Part shown: positions 14,401 to 26,467 of the stretch, piece by piece
How the letters are laid out: each line of letters begins with the position of its first letter
How positions within the stretch are numbered: the first letter of the stretch is position 1
DNA from: Macrostomum hystrix
Taxonomy: Eukaryota; Animalia; Platyhelminthes
Length of the DNA stretch: 64,000 nucleotides
NCBI GenBank assembly: GCA_950097015.1
Contig: CATNEN010000030.1
Span: forward strand, 4,278,001 to 4,342,000
Direction of reading: 5' to 3'
Program-made: the position numbers and the translations under genes
The notes under the pieces: generated by a model
Databases searched by the model: none
What the model was told of the DNA's origin: nothing
What the model saw: only the letters and a program-made list of their open reading frames with translations

Positions 14401-17400
14401 TATAAAATCAGCATTAGCATCAGGTGGGGTAAAAATTCAGGTCGGAGTGACGGCACCAGTCCATGGACTGAACATCTGTACTCAGCCTATCGATGTGCCA
14501 CGGAATAGCTGCGACTTGGCCACTGTCTGTACACCTGAACCAACTAGATTAGGTGCTTATTTAACATTTTTGAGCCACTAGACAGGGAAGGGCTCGCATG
14601 CTTCATATAAACTCTCCATTATAATGCCCAGGTATATATGTACAGTATTTTGCACAAACCAATCGATAAAAAATTGTTTAGTTAAAATTACAAGTAGATT
14701 TAGTTCTTTAGTTCTGTATATATATTGTAGCTTTTAGTTTTAGTTTTAGTTATCATTTTTTATGTCGGATAGTTGTTAACAGTTGCCACAATGATCTTTG
14801 AATGGATCAGTTCAGTTAGTTTTGTTGAGCTACGTACAATTTTTGCTGGCTGCACTCTTTTAGTTTCCGATGCCGTGCAGCATTCTATATGAAGTATCTG
14901 AGGGTTTTAGTGGTCTCAGAAGATGCCTTGTTAGATGTCATCTTCTATTTGGACCCTAATGTTTATGTTCTCTTTGTAGCAGCTGATACGAAAAATGTAA
15001 AGTCGCGCGAAAAAATGGTATCATTTAACAAAAAAACTTTTATTGTTAAAACTCACTAAATAAGGCACCGATTTGAATCGCAGGGAGCACCAGCTTGCCG
15101 AGATGGGCCTCGCGTTGAGAAACGACGGCGGCGCTCTGGGCGTGTTCTCGCCGAAGCGGACGCCGCATCTGGTCAACCTGAACGAAGATCCCCTGATGTC
15201 CGAGTGCCTTATCTACTACCTCAAGGAGGGCGAGACCAAGTGAGCCCTGGGACTCAGAATGCGCAGAGCTATTGGGTCACTATGGAATATGGATTGATGA
15301 ACACAAGGAGCCTGTAGTGACTGTGGTCGGTTTGGGATCCCCGGCCCACAGTAGTTATAATAAGAATATCACAGAAGCAGGCGTAAGGACGCTCTGCTTA
15401 AGCCTGGCACTGGTGTCGTTAGGATGCTCACACAGTACTTCTAAGTAGATACAGTACCCTGTACAGGCTTGGCACTCTGAAAGGAAAGACACGAATGCAG
15501 CGCTTACAGATCGAATCTTTAAGTTCGCAGGAGCGAGCGCGGTTGCCCGGGCAGTTATTGACAAACAAATAGGGCAGTAGGGGGCAGACAGGGGAGACAG
15601 TGCACAAACAAAGTCAAGCCACCAGCGCGCAGGGAGGGGTAGGGTTGTACGCGCTGGGTGGGCGGGCAAAGCTACGCAGAGCTGATTGGCGGGAGGGGCA
15701 AAGCCACGCAGGGCTGGAGTAAGGGTTGGCAGACAATGCCCGCGCCCAGCCAGATGGCGGCCAAGGACACCCTGAGCAGAGACGTGGGAGAAGGCCGTAG
15801 CAGCGTTATCGATGTGTCATCGATCTCTCATTCTTGTATACGGAAAGAAAGTGTTTTGTCTCGCAGGGTCGGGCGTCCCGAGTCGCTGGTGGCTCAAGAT
15901 GTGCACCTGTGCGGCGAGTACATTCTGGCTCAGCACTGCGTGTTTGAACTGCGAAACGGTAATGCTCGACTAATGCAACTATTCTTGTTTGGAATTGAGA
16001 CCTACGGATAATTTGATCTGCTAAAATATTCAGATTAAAAAACTTGAGATTTTAGCACCTGGCACTTCAGATAATTTGAACAAATTTAATTGTCCACAAT
16101 TCAGAACTTCAAAGAAAATTATTATAATGCAACGAAAAAGAGAAGAGAGAGGAACATTATTTTAAAGAAGTAATTATATTAGACAAAAAACGCAGTTTCT
16201 AAGATTTGTGGCTTCTTAGACTTTGGATTTCATGGAATCGGTATATTTAAATTCCAGATTTCCAAGAATCAAGATAATTCTTGGAGGCCGGAATTTAAAA
16301 AGTTTAAGATAATTCAGAATTTCGAATGTCCAAGAATTAGAGAAAATCTCCTGCGACTTCTAAACAGTGAGAGAAAATCCAAAAGTTAGGATTTTCAAGA
16401 CCTCTTATTATTGAAAAAGTACAAATTAAAAAAATCTGGAATCCTGTTTTAAAAGCTCCTCACTAAGTACGGTTGTACTTTGCTCTGATTTCAATTTTTT
16501 CTGCCCACTGCGCAGACACGGTCACACTCACCCCCGTTGGCAACGCCGAATGCTACGTCAACGGCAAGCGAATCTCGCAGTCGACGCCATTGAAGACCGG
16601 CTCGCGGGTCATTCTAGGCAAGAGCCACGTGTTCCGCTTCACCAACCCGCAGCAGGCGAGGGAGCAGAAGGCCGAGACCCCATCCGGTGAGTGAGGGATG
16701 TGGATGGATTGCTAGTCTAGCCTCATGGATAAAGAAATAGAATGGATTGCTAGCCTAGCCTCATGGATAAAGAAATGGAATAGATTGCTAGCCTAGCCTC
16801 ATGGATGACGGAATTGCTAGTTGAGTCCATGGATCGAGGAATAAGTTCCTAGTTGAGCACGCGGTCGAGTCAGTGGACAATGACCTGGCTGTCAGCATTA
16901 GTCTTAGGCCAGGCTCCCAGACAATTGCTCTGAGCATCTCTAAACTCTCCCTCGAAGCCGATCCAGTGGACTGGCAGTACGCCATGGCGGAGCTGCTGGA
17001 GAAGCAGGGCGTCGACCTGCGCATGGAGATGGAGGTGCGCCTCATGCGGCTGGAAGAGCAGTACAAGCGCGAGAAGGAGGAAGCTGACAGAGAGTTCGAG
17101 AAGCAGCGAAAGGTAAAATTTCACTGATAATCAATCAATATTGATTTGCAATTGCACTTAACAACCGATTTCATATTGCAGGGTTACGAGGCCACAATCC
17201 AGTCCCTGCAGGAGCAGGTGACCATGAGTCAGAGCATGATGAGCTCCATCATCAGTTCCAGCTGCCTCATTGACGACGCTGAGGCTGTTGAGGCCGAAGA
17301 GAAATGTATTAGAAATATAATATTTTTAATGAGAAAATTCTGATTTTTTACTGAATGAAATAATATTGTAGCGTTCGACATTTCAGCGAAATGGAGCCAG

Positions 17401-20400
17401 CGTGAGTTCAAACTGGCTGCAAGAGCATTTGCGAAGTGGAAGGAGCATCACTACACATCTCTGAGGGTGGGTGGACATTGAAACTTGAACTAGATGGCTC
17501 AAGAATTTTTATATATTGGCTGCTCAATGTAGTAAAAAGTCTTCTGTGTTTTTGTGTTATTGTCTATTTATTGTGCTGTCATTAAAGTATAGTTGTCAAT
17601 TGCAACCGGTTAAGATAACAAAAAATAAGGCTTTTTGTTCTAAAGAATTCTATTTTTATCCCTATCCAGGATGATCTATGGACCAATGCCGTTCTCCTGA
17701 AGGAAGCTAACGCCATCAGCGTTGAGCTCAACAAAAAGGTGAGCTCAATTTCATGATGCTGCTTCACGAATAGTAACCGGTAATTGCAGTGACTAACTGG
17801 GTGTTAAATCATGTAGAATTAACATGACATTGCGACCACATTAGATTATCACGTACAATTACGTTATAGGTTATTAACTAGCAAAAGAGAACTCGGTATT
17901 TCCGCTTGGCTAAACCTTCAACAGCCAAGCGATTCTACTTAGGCAAACTTGTTGTTCTTAGGCTCTACTTAGGCTCACTCGCATAAGTGTTGCCCAATCC
18001 ACTACCTAAACTGCAGGTGCAATTCCAGTTTGTATTGCTGACTGACACTGCTTACACTCCACTGGGCCCGGAACTGCTGCCAGTGACAGCAGCCGGACAG
18101 TCGAACTCCGCTGCTCGCCGATTTCCTCGCACCGTGCTGGCAGTCGAGGTGCAGGACTTAAAGAACGGTGCGGTGCACTATTGGAGCTTGGAGAAATTCA
18201 AGTGAGTCTAGATTCACTGCCGCACCGAATATCTTCTGGTGTGTTGTAACACAGCTAAGCTACTTCTAGTACATAGCCTAGTCTGTGATCACTTCAAGCG
18301 TGTACACTATCTTTTATTATTTGTAATCTTTCGCCCTGACTGTTTGTTTAATAAGTACTAAATGTACTTTTAATTCTATCAAACTCAGTCTCAGTTTGGC
18401 TTTTCTCAGTTACGAGAGTAAAGGGTAAAAGAGCGGGAGAAAATCTCGTTTGAATATTGTTAACAACTCAAGGAGCACAAGATATCCCATAACTGACTGC
18501 TTCACCAGGCTTACCATTTCACCTAGCAACTTTTTGCCTATGATTTAGATTTGAGGTACAGTGCTTCGACCTGTTAAAATCGCTAAAGTTTCCTACCCTT
18601 GACCCTAAAACACTGTCAATCCCTCCCCACCACCCCCTGTTTACTCCGCACCGACCAATCAGAGATCGACTGGACTCCATGAACAGCTTCCTTCAGCAGG
18701 CTGATGGCATCGGCAGTGGTGGCAGCTCCGGTGGTGGCGGCGGCGCCAAGGAGCCATATTTCGACTTTCAGCAGTCGGCAAGGTGGGGCTCGCTACCCGC
18801 ATTAAGAGCCCCTTTGGACCCCAACCCAATGTCCGAATGCAGCCCAGCTTTGTTTGTTTACTTTCTGATTGTTCAGTGTAGTCTGGTCTGTCTTGTAGCG
18901 CCCCTGTTTCTCTACTGCTACTACTAGTAGAGTATCGTGCACAAGTTAGCTTCTTGGATACCAAATACTCGAGAGAAATTTGAGCTTTTTGGTCTCGTAA
19001 TTAACAGACAACAGCTTACCCAAGAATTCGATCAAGCAGGTTTAGACTTAAATGTGTAAGAATTAATGGCTTTCATGCGTTTGGCTGCATGATAATGATC
19101 TGTCATGTGTTAGACAGTTATTAATAGTTAAAAAACTGATCAATACTGGAAGACCTTTTAATTCCGTTAGATATTGAAATTCTAGTGAAATTGTGTCGTA
19201 ACGAAAACAGCGTAACGTTAAGAATTCGCATTCCACTGTCATAGCATATCTTTCGTTTTGTCCTTTGCTGTTTGCCAGATTATAGTTTTTCAATCAGCCA
19301 TAAATTTTATTTATTTATTCTACTTTGGCTTTGGTCAATCAAATATTGTGTTGCCAGAAAGATGTCGTATTGAATTCAGTGTATTGTCACTGAAAGAAGT
19401 CACATTATTATAACTTATGCACCTCCTGTTATGGATCAGTTCGGATATTTCTACTGCTATCGTTGGTGATTGTGTGCATTTTCTTTTACAATGAGTTTTC
19501 GTAAAGACACAAGCAATATTAAATTTTTGTCTAAACGTATGTGTCATTAAGTATAGCATAGAGTTAGCACATGGATGAATAATATAACTCATATAACTCA
19601 TAATATAACTCATGGATGAATATTATATTATTCATCCATGAGTTAGCATATCATTAAGTTACAGCATATTCGTCAATGAATATACTACCTTGCACGAATG
19701 AGGGTTTATGAAAGTATTGATAGTATAGTATATTGTAAAACGATGTTCGATTCCTGAGTCTCGACCATAGACTATGCATTAAAAGTGTGCATTAAACGTC
19801 CCGCGGTTTCTAATTGGCTAAAAAACCATTTAATGCACAGTTTTTTCGTCTAATGCACGCTTTTTGACATTACAATCGTTTTACAAGTGACATGAAACAG
19901 CAGAATGTTTGTTATTAAACCTCGTAGTTGTTCTCACTGCGGTTGGTAAAATACCAACTACTTCAGTTAAAGCCAACTGTTTAAAAAAATCATTACAAAT
20001 ATATTTATTTAGCGTTTCCTCTGCTTTGCTTACGTATCCTTAAAAAGGCAGATTAATTGCAAAGAGCATTCCTTATCTAACCTATCGATTGAAAATGATT
20101 TTCCTTCGCAGGCAACGCCTCGAACTGATCCGAGAGATGTACAAGAATGAGGCCGAGCATTCGCCCACCTCGCCAGACGCGATGCACGATTCCACTGCCG
20201 GAGGGCACGACCCGTTTTACGACAGGTTCCCCTGGTTTCGCCTGATTGGACGGTGAGCTGATTGGCGGAAGGCTGTTCCGACAATATCTAGAACCGTATC
20301 AGGATCCGTAGCTAGAACCGTATCAGGATCCGTAGCTAGAACCGTATCAGGATCCGTAGCTAGAACCATATCAGGATCCGTAGCTAGAACCATATCAGGA

Positions 20401-23400
20401 TCCGTAGCTAGAACCATATCAGGATCCGTAGCTAGAACCGTATCATGATCCGTAGCTAGAACCGTATCATGATCCGTAGCTAGAACCGTATCATGATCCG
20501 TAGCTAGAACCGTATCATGATCCGTAGCTAGAACCGAATCACGCGCCTCATTTCGAATACGTAGGCGTAAAAATAAAGTGACATGTGGATAAGCGTACAA
20601 ATTCCAAAATAACTTTACATGTGCACATTATTCGAGAAATGACTAACATTATTTCATGAAGCATTTCCTTGTAAGAAATCTATATTGCCTGCCATACCTG
20701 TCCCTCAAACAAACAGCGCATTCGTGCACCTGACGAACCTGTACTACAATGTCCCACTGGTGCACCAAGCGGCTGTTGTCAACAAAAAAGGCGCCGTGAA
20801 AGGCTTCCTACGAGTCGAAGTCCAACTGCTGGGCGACGAGTCGGAAGACCCGCCCGCCGAGGGTGTCCGTCAGTCCGGCCGCGCTCGGCTACTGTTCGAT
20901 GATCGCGACTACTTTGGCAAGAAGGCGGCCACGGTACGGCGAAGTCCGACAGTTTCATCGCTGCCTGGCTGCGGCAGTGGCGGCGGTTGCGGTGGCAGTG
21001 GTGGCACCGGAAAAGCCGGAAGCGGCGTCTGCGTCTGCGGCCCAAGCGAGGAGGACAACCTCTGTAGGATTGTCGAAGGCTGTCGGGCTGACTCGGACAA
21101 AGAGCCAAACGCTCTGCCAACGCTGGTCTACCAGGAAATTGACAAGCGGCTGGGATTCATCCCGGCCAGCTTGCCAACCCACCTGGCCCTCGGTCGCACG
21201 GTCAACTTTCGCGTTACAGTCTTGCATGCTTCCGGCGTTAGCAACGAGTATGCCGACGTCTTCTGCCAGTACAACTTCCTGCACCGCGTTGAAGAGGCTT
21301 TCAGCACTGAGCCAGCAAAGAACGGCTGCGCCAAAGAATCTGGTCTTGTGAATTTTCATCATGAACAAAACTTCACAACGGTCGTCACGAGGGCGTTTGT
21401 CGACTACCTGCGGAACCACCCGCTCGTGTTCGAGCTTTACGGTCACAGAACTCCGGAGATCCGTCAGCTGAGTGCATCCGACTCCACAGCCGGCCTGGCT
21501 GCTGCCGTGGGTCGCTCGCCGAGTCGCCGAATCTTTCCACCGACTCAGCCGGCGTCCGCACCTGTGCCACCACCGCGTCAGGGTGGTCCGGCGGCTGCCA
21601 TGGTAACTTCGCTGGTTTCACTCGTTGGCGGGCCGATCCAGGCTCGGTTCGATCTGCTGGTGAGCTTTGAAATTCTCGAACTCGCGCCAACTGGCGAGTA
21701 CATCCCCGTGGTGGTCGATCATCCCGACGATTCACCATGCCAAGGCGTCTTCCTGCTCCATCATGGCCTTCAACGTCGCTTAGCCATCAGCATTGTGCAC
21801 GAGGCTGTCCCCGAGCGCCTGTTTAACGAGGTGCGCGAAGTCGTTGTCGGTCGCGTTCGCGACACACCCGAATTCCTTGATGCCGAGTCGTTCTCCAAGG
21901 TGCTGTCGCTGACGCTGCAGCCGGCGCATTATTCAGCACAGAACGGAGACGATCGAGTCTTCTTCCGATTTGAAGCAGCCTGGGACAGTTCGATGCACGA
22001 GAGCGCCCTGTTGAATACGGTAACGCCGTCCAATGAGAAGGTCTTCATGACCGTATCCTGCTACCTGGAGGTCGAGGGCTGCCTACAACCGATTTGCATT
22101 ACTAAGGACATCACCCTGATGATTTATCCCAGGGACACGAAGCTTTCGGTGCCCAGGTAAGTTTTTTTCGTTGTCTTAGCCTTGCTTTATTGTATTTTTT
22201 GTTGTTTCTCCGCTTTGTGATCGCCATGCTTTTCTTAACTAATAAAGTGATGTAGCTACAGCCACTAACGCTTTGATATATTCGTAGTATTTACGCTCGT
22301 ACGTAGCAGGCTACAACTGTTCGAAGCCTATCGAAAAGTTTTCAGACAAAAAATTTCATACTGAATAGCTAAAAATTTAGGCATGACTTGAATGTCAAGA
22401 AAGGGTATACCCGTAATAAAATTCCCTAAAACGGATAAATCAGTAGTCAGTATCAGTAGCTGCCTCGAATTCATCGAAAGTCAAGCCCGTCGAGGGTTAA
22501 TAATATAATAAAAATAATTGCAGGAGGGCTGCGGGCAATTTACATCATTTTCTGGCTGTAGACCCGAAGCCATCGAGGAGGCAATCCTGCTCATCTCGCT
22601 TACTCCTGAGCACACACGCACACAGATACCGTACGCAGGCACCCGCTCACACAGGTGTGTACATCTGCCCTGACTTTCCCATCGTCAGACAGTGTACAAT
22701 CTCAATGTGCCTTGAATAAATCTGGCATCGCCGCGGAATCGAGCTCAGGGACCTTGGCGCAAATCGAGCCTTGGGAGGCAAACGTCTTAACCGCTCTGCC
22801 ACTGATCCCGCTGCCGTCGAAGGTTAACTCCCTAGTGGTATAGAAGAAGAACGTCTGACATTGTTGCAGTTTTCTCCGTAGCTACGGTTTTTATTAGACA
22901 TATTGAAATGAAATTCCTCGAATCAGATGAGCTTAGATAAACTTAGATAAACGAGCTTGCATGCGTGTCTTGCTGTGCAAGCTTGCATTAGCACTAAAAT
23001 GTATAATGGCTTGAGAAAGTATCACTAATAGCAGTCTATCAATTTTAAATCGCTGGCTTCTTGCTTTGCAGCATCACTCAAAACGTGTCCCTGTAAGTAT
23101 GTCGGTTGCTGCTGTCGCTTATTCTATTGATAATGCGAGTTCTCCTTTGTAATGCATGGTACACCTTCAGCGTTTCGCAGCTTCATGGCGACGATTGTTT
23201 CTTATGCTACACAAACATTTTCACTACGCGTGCACAATGGTTTTTAAGAGGAATTCGCCTGCTCTTCACCTCGAGCACCAACGCAACAGTATGAGCTAGA
23301 ATATTAACTGGGACATATAGGACTCAACTTAGCACTGCTGTTCAACTCAAATGCTAGATAGAACAAAGCATTTTTAGCAAACCTACCTACTATGCAGGTA

Positions 23401-25604
23401 CATACCTCGGTACTTATCTTGGGGCACAAATGGCTTCAAGTGGTTCTCCTTCAGTAAATACACTTTCTTAGCTTTTAAACTAGCTGTTGATTCTTCTAGA
23501 GTTATAGTCTACAGTACGCTCGCAGCTAGATTTGTACCAGCTTGCTAAGAACAAACCTCTCCCTGAAGAGGCTTCATTCATATAAGAAGCGAAAAAACAT
23601 TCGTTCTGGGAGAATTTAACGTTATAAACGTTGGTACTTTTAGATATGAATTTTCTTTAGACAATATGGGCATTGTTGCTGACTAAAGCTCGCATGAAAA
23701 CATAACCCAAATGCCAAGCAATAGAATTGCCTATCCATTAACTCTTGGCGGAAGCAATCATTTACATAGTTTGACCTATCTTGTATCCCGGCAGCAATTT
23801 TTAAATAGTTTTTAGTTTTTTTCTTCTAGAAGTTAACCACTACTCCAGTACACTCACAGCAGACAAGGTGGGAGAAGCAGTCGGTCCCAACCTACCTGTC
23901 AAAGAGTGTCCTTCTCAAATCGATGTTGTCAAAATTTCTGTGTCCCATTCCGTTTCTGCGCCCCATTCAACTCATCAGGGGCTTTTTCAGGTCTCTGAAG
24001 CAGCTATTCGGCAGCTGGTACCGGCCGCAGGATGTCAACCGCGTCACCGGAGTCTACGACTTACAGATTGGCCAAGTGCCCGACAAAGGTGAGCTACCTG
24101 AGTTTCTTATTTAAATACGAGCTAGTATATGCCAGTTAAATTGTGGTGAATCTCTGACATCATTATCGCCTCCTAAACCTCCACCGAGCAGTGAACCGTC
24201 GCTGCAGACGCCTGCTAGACACCAGCACAACCTACGTGCGCGGCGAGGAGAACCTCAAGGGTTGGCGACCGCGCTCTGACTCGCTAATCGCCGAGCACCA
24301 GTGGGAGCTGGAGAAGCTGCTCAGGTTGGAACTGGTTGAGAAGTCGCGCCACACACTGCAACTGAGGGAGAAGCTGGCAGAGCTTGGCCGCAGCGATGCT
24401 CTTTGCGCTCTGAATGCCGAGGCGGCTAGGTGCCAGAGCGCAGCTGTTGCTGGCACTGCCATTGCGGCTGGCAATACGGACAATGAGGCTACGCATCGCT
24501 CAATTGAATCTGTGCTGGCCAGCCTGCCAGAAGAGGTAAGAGGGAATTGATTGCCAAAGTTTGATAATCTGTTGTAGTAGAGCTCTTATGGTACAGTTGT
24601 ATGAGAGGCCATGGTCCGATGGTTAGGCGCTTGAGTTCGTTACTGAGAGGTTCAGAGTTCGAATTTAAAAGTTTCTAAAATTTAATTATGACATCAAAAT
24701 GAAATTTGGAAATCCAGGTACTGAAATCCAACAGTCGAGAGCAGTTACTCCTGCGTCGATGTCTGGACCTTCTCTGCAACAGCAGACTGCAGCAGCAGCA
24801 AAAGTTAATAGCAGCTGCTGAGACTGCCACGAGCAGCACTGCTGTCGTCGGCGACAGATCAGAAGCCAGTGGCTCCGCGGCGGCATCGTCATCAGACGGC
24901 GGTTGTGGCGGCGGCGGCGCGAACGTGGACTCGGCCATCTGTCTGGGGCCGGTCCTGCCCTCTGCCATCTCGTACGGCAGCGGAGTGTCTGATCTGTGGC
25001 GCCCGCGCTTCTTCGCTGGCGGCCTGGACCCCAGTCTGCAGTCGCTGATGCCGCACAAATCGCCCACGATGGAGAGCGTCGTGAGCTCGGCCAGCGAAGA
25101 CAATCCCGATGCAGCCGCCGATCCGCTGATGAAGCCGGGCAGTCTGGTGGCTCAGTGCGACGAGATCCGGGTGTCGCCGCTGGTCTCGCGTAGGGGCTAT
25201 TTGAATTTTCGTGAGGAATGCGCCGACAAATGGGTGCGGCGATGGGTGGTGGTGAGGCGACCGTTTCTGTACGTGTACCATCACGAACGGGACCCGGTCG
25301 AGCGGGGCATGATTAACCTGGCAACGGCACAGATTGAGTACAGCGAAGATCAGCAGGCGATGCTTCGCTCAAGAAATGCCTTCACTGTTATCACTCCGCA
25401 CCGGGGCTACATTATTCAGACTCCTGACGAAAAGGAGGTCCACGATTGGCTGTACGCTTTTAATCCGCTGCTGGCAGGTCAGATCAGGTGAGTAAGCCAC
25501 CTGTTTATTAGCGTTATTTGCTCCAGGGTAAACTGCATAAACTAAAAGATTTGACAATGCGACCTTGCAGATCAAAACTCGGCAGACGAAGGAAGGACGC
25601 TTGA
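2436..25604 (+). CDS. unc-104: Kinesin-3 motor UNC-104/KIF1A orthologue, 20 coding exons, about 1749 aa
   Basis: Exons (GT-AG, phases consistent, total 5250 nt): 2436-2535, 3670-4177, 4438-4549, 10670-10813, 11014-11098, 12974-13400, 15084-15239, 15867-15958, 16516-16686, 16958(or 16967)-17112, 17182-17305, 17372(or 17387)-17466, 17670-17738, 18017-18201, 20112-20252, 20717-22156, 23991-24088, 24192-24535, 24718-25487, 25571-25604. Motifs: [12 protein letters not shown]-loop GQTGAGKS, switch I NETSSRSH, switch II DLAGSE, neck [11 protein letters not shown] ([15 protein letters not shown]...[11 protein letters not shown]), [27 protein letters not shown]-terminal PH domain ending [13 protein letters not shown]. 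Confidence 0.96.
5053..8422. repeat. 20-bp minisatellite (GAATACCCAGTAGACACACC/T), about 168 units, with a 720-bp higher-order period, in unc-104 intron 3
   Basis: Direct inspection: printed lines at 5581, 6301 and 7021 are identical, as are 5881, 6601 and 7321. Confidence 0.97.
9545..10405. repeat. 28-bp minisatellite (CCATTGTAATCCCGAATCCTCATCCCAA), about 30 units
   Basis: Direct inspection of the tandem unit. Confidence 0.95.
11133..12949. repeat. 24-bp minisatellite (TGTCTACTATCCCAGTTCTCACAC), about 75 units, filling unc-104 intron 5
   Basis: Direct inspection; no indels, since ORFs of 619 and 632 aa run through it on both strands. Confidence 0.97.
13862..14070. repeat. 18-bp tandem repeat (CAAAAGTACATTTGTCTT), about 10 units with degenerate edges
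   Basis: Direct inspection. Confidence 0.9.
14171..14224 (+). CDS. Candidate alternative unc-104 exon (54 nt, phase 2-2), (R)[17 protein letters not shown](G)
   Basis: Strong acceptor TTTTTTGTTTTTTTAG at 14170 and donor GG|GTAGGG at 14225; peptide resembles the start of the next constitutive exon ([13 protein letters not shown]). Confidence 0.5.
15600..15738 (+). promoter_or_regulatory. Candidate internal promoter and in-frame ATG within an unc-104 intron
   Basis: GGGCGG at about 15660, ATTGG (reverse CCAAT) at 15685, G-rich tracts, then GACAATG at 15732-15738, in frame with the exon starting at 15867. Confidence 0.45.
16704..16860. repeat. Short array (about 4 degenerate units) of the 38-bp ATGGATTGCTAGTCTAG family
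   Basis: Same unit as the large array at 48975-50760. Confidence 0.85.
18663..18782 (+). CDS. Candidate duplicated alternative unc-104 exon (120 nt, phase 2-2), or terminal exon running to TAG at 18927
   Basis: CAG acceptor at 18662 after a C/T-rich tract, AG|GTGGGG donor; (K)[14 protein letters not shown]...[10 protein letters not shown] parallels (K)[15 protein letters not shown]...[10 protein letters not shown] of exon 20112-20252. Confidence 0.6.
20288..20540. repeat. 24-bp minisatellite (GTAGCTAGAACCGTATCAGGATCC), about 10 units
   Basis: Direct inspection; begins about 35 nt after the donor at 20253. Confidence 0.93.
23072..23092 (+). CDS. Candidate 21-nt microexon of unc-104, (S)ITQNVS(L)
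   Basis: Acceptor GCTTCTTGCTTTGCAG, consensus donor GTAAGT at 23093, length divisible by 3, phase 2-2 matching the flanking exons, no stop. Confidence 0.5.
24603..24665 (+). mobile_element. tRNA-like SINE head fragment in an unc-104 intron
   Basis: A-box-like TGGTCCGATGG and B-box-like AGTTCGAAT at tRNA-like spacing; no closable acceptor stem. Confidence 0.5.
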
Positions 25605-26467
25605 TTGGCCCAACCAAGCCGCACTGCTTCCAAGCGCTGCATCACAAACATTTGTCTCCCAAGTTCATAGTGCATATGTTAGTACTACTTAGGCACCATA
25701 GATGCAGATTTATATTTGCTGTTTAGTATAATACTACTCATAGTAGAGATGTTGTGCGCTTCGTCTCTGTTATAATTGTGACAGCAACTCTTTCAAAAGT
25801 TCATAAGCATTCTTTTTAATTTGCCTAGACAAAAGTTCATTTTACCTCCGCATTCCTGCCTAGACTGTTCCTTCTATATGTTTTGTTAGACATTAATTAG
25901 TAATAAACCGCCAGTACGCTCGAATAGTTTTCGTTTTATGCTACTGAAAGTAACCATGTAAAGCCTATATTAAAAATACCTCATTATTAGTCATGCTGAA
26001 GCGTGTCTCTGTGATGTGTGAAAACTTACTACGGGTTATGTTAGCCAAGTACAACATATTGATTATAATCTGACAATATTTCTGACACGGGCGGGTAGAT
26101 TTCAGCAAAGATACCACAGAATACACATATACTTTTGTTAAATTGCTTGCTTTATTTTTATTGCTTCGTAAAATGTACGAGCTCGTATTTATTTTTAAAG
26201 ATAGCATCCCCAAAATCCTACATCTGTCAATGCATTATGGAGACTATTCTAAGCTTGCTGTTGTTCAGTTATTAAAGTTTTTGCCCAGTAAAGTCTTATG
26301 GACTCATGAGTAATTCGGATTTACGCTCTACATGTTACTTTGCCCTTCTTTGTTTTGTTTCAATTAACTTTTTGGCTCCACTTCAAAGAGCAGTACAACT
26401 ACAAGCTTGTGTTAGATAGATACATAGATAGATAGATAAATAGTTCGTAAAATGATAGATAGATAGT

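Noticed and set aside
22524-22730. Alternative terminal exon of unc-104 after 22156
   Set aside because: An open phase-2 frame follows an AG, but the acceptor lacks a pyrimidine tract and the peptide shows no similarity to anything; insufficient support.
24603-24665. tRNA gene
   Set aside because: A/B-box-like motifs are present but there is no complete cloverleaf or acceptor stem; better explained as a SINE head. The same applies to 62815-62890.
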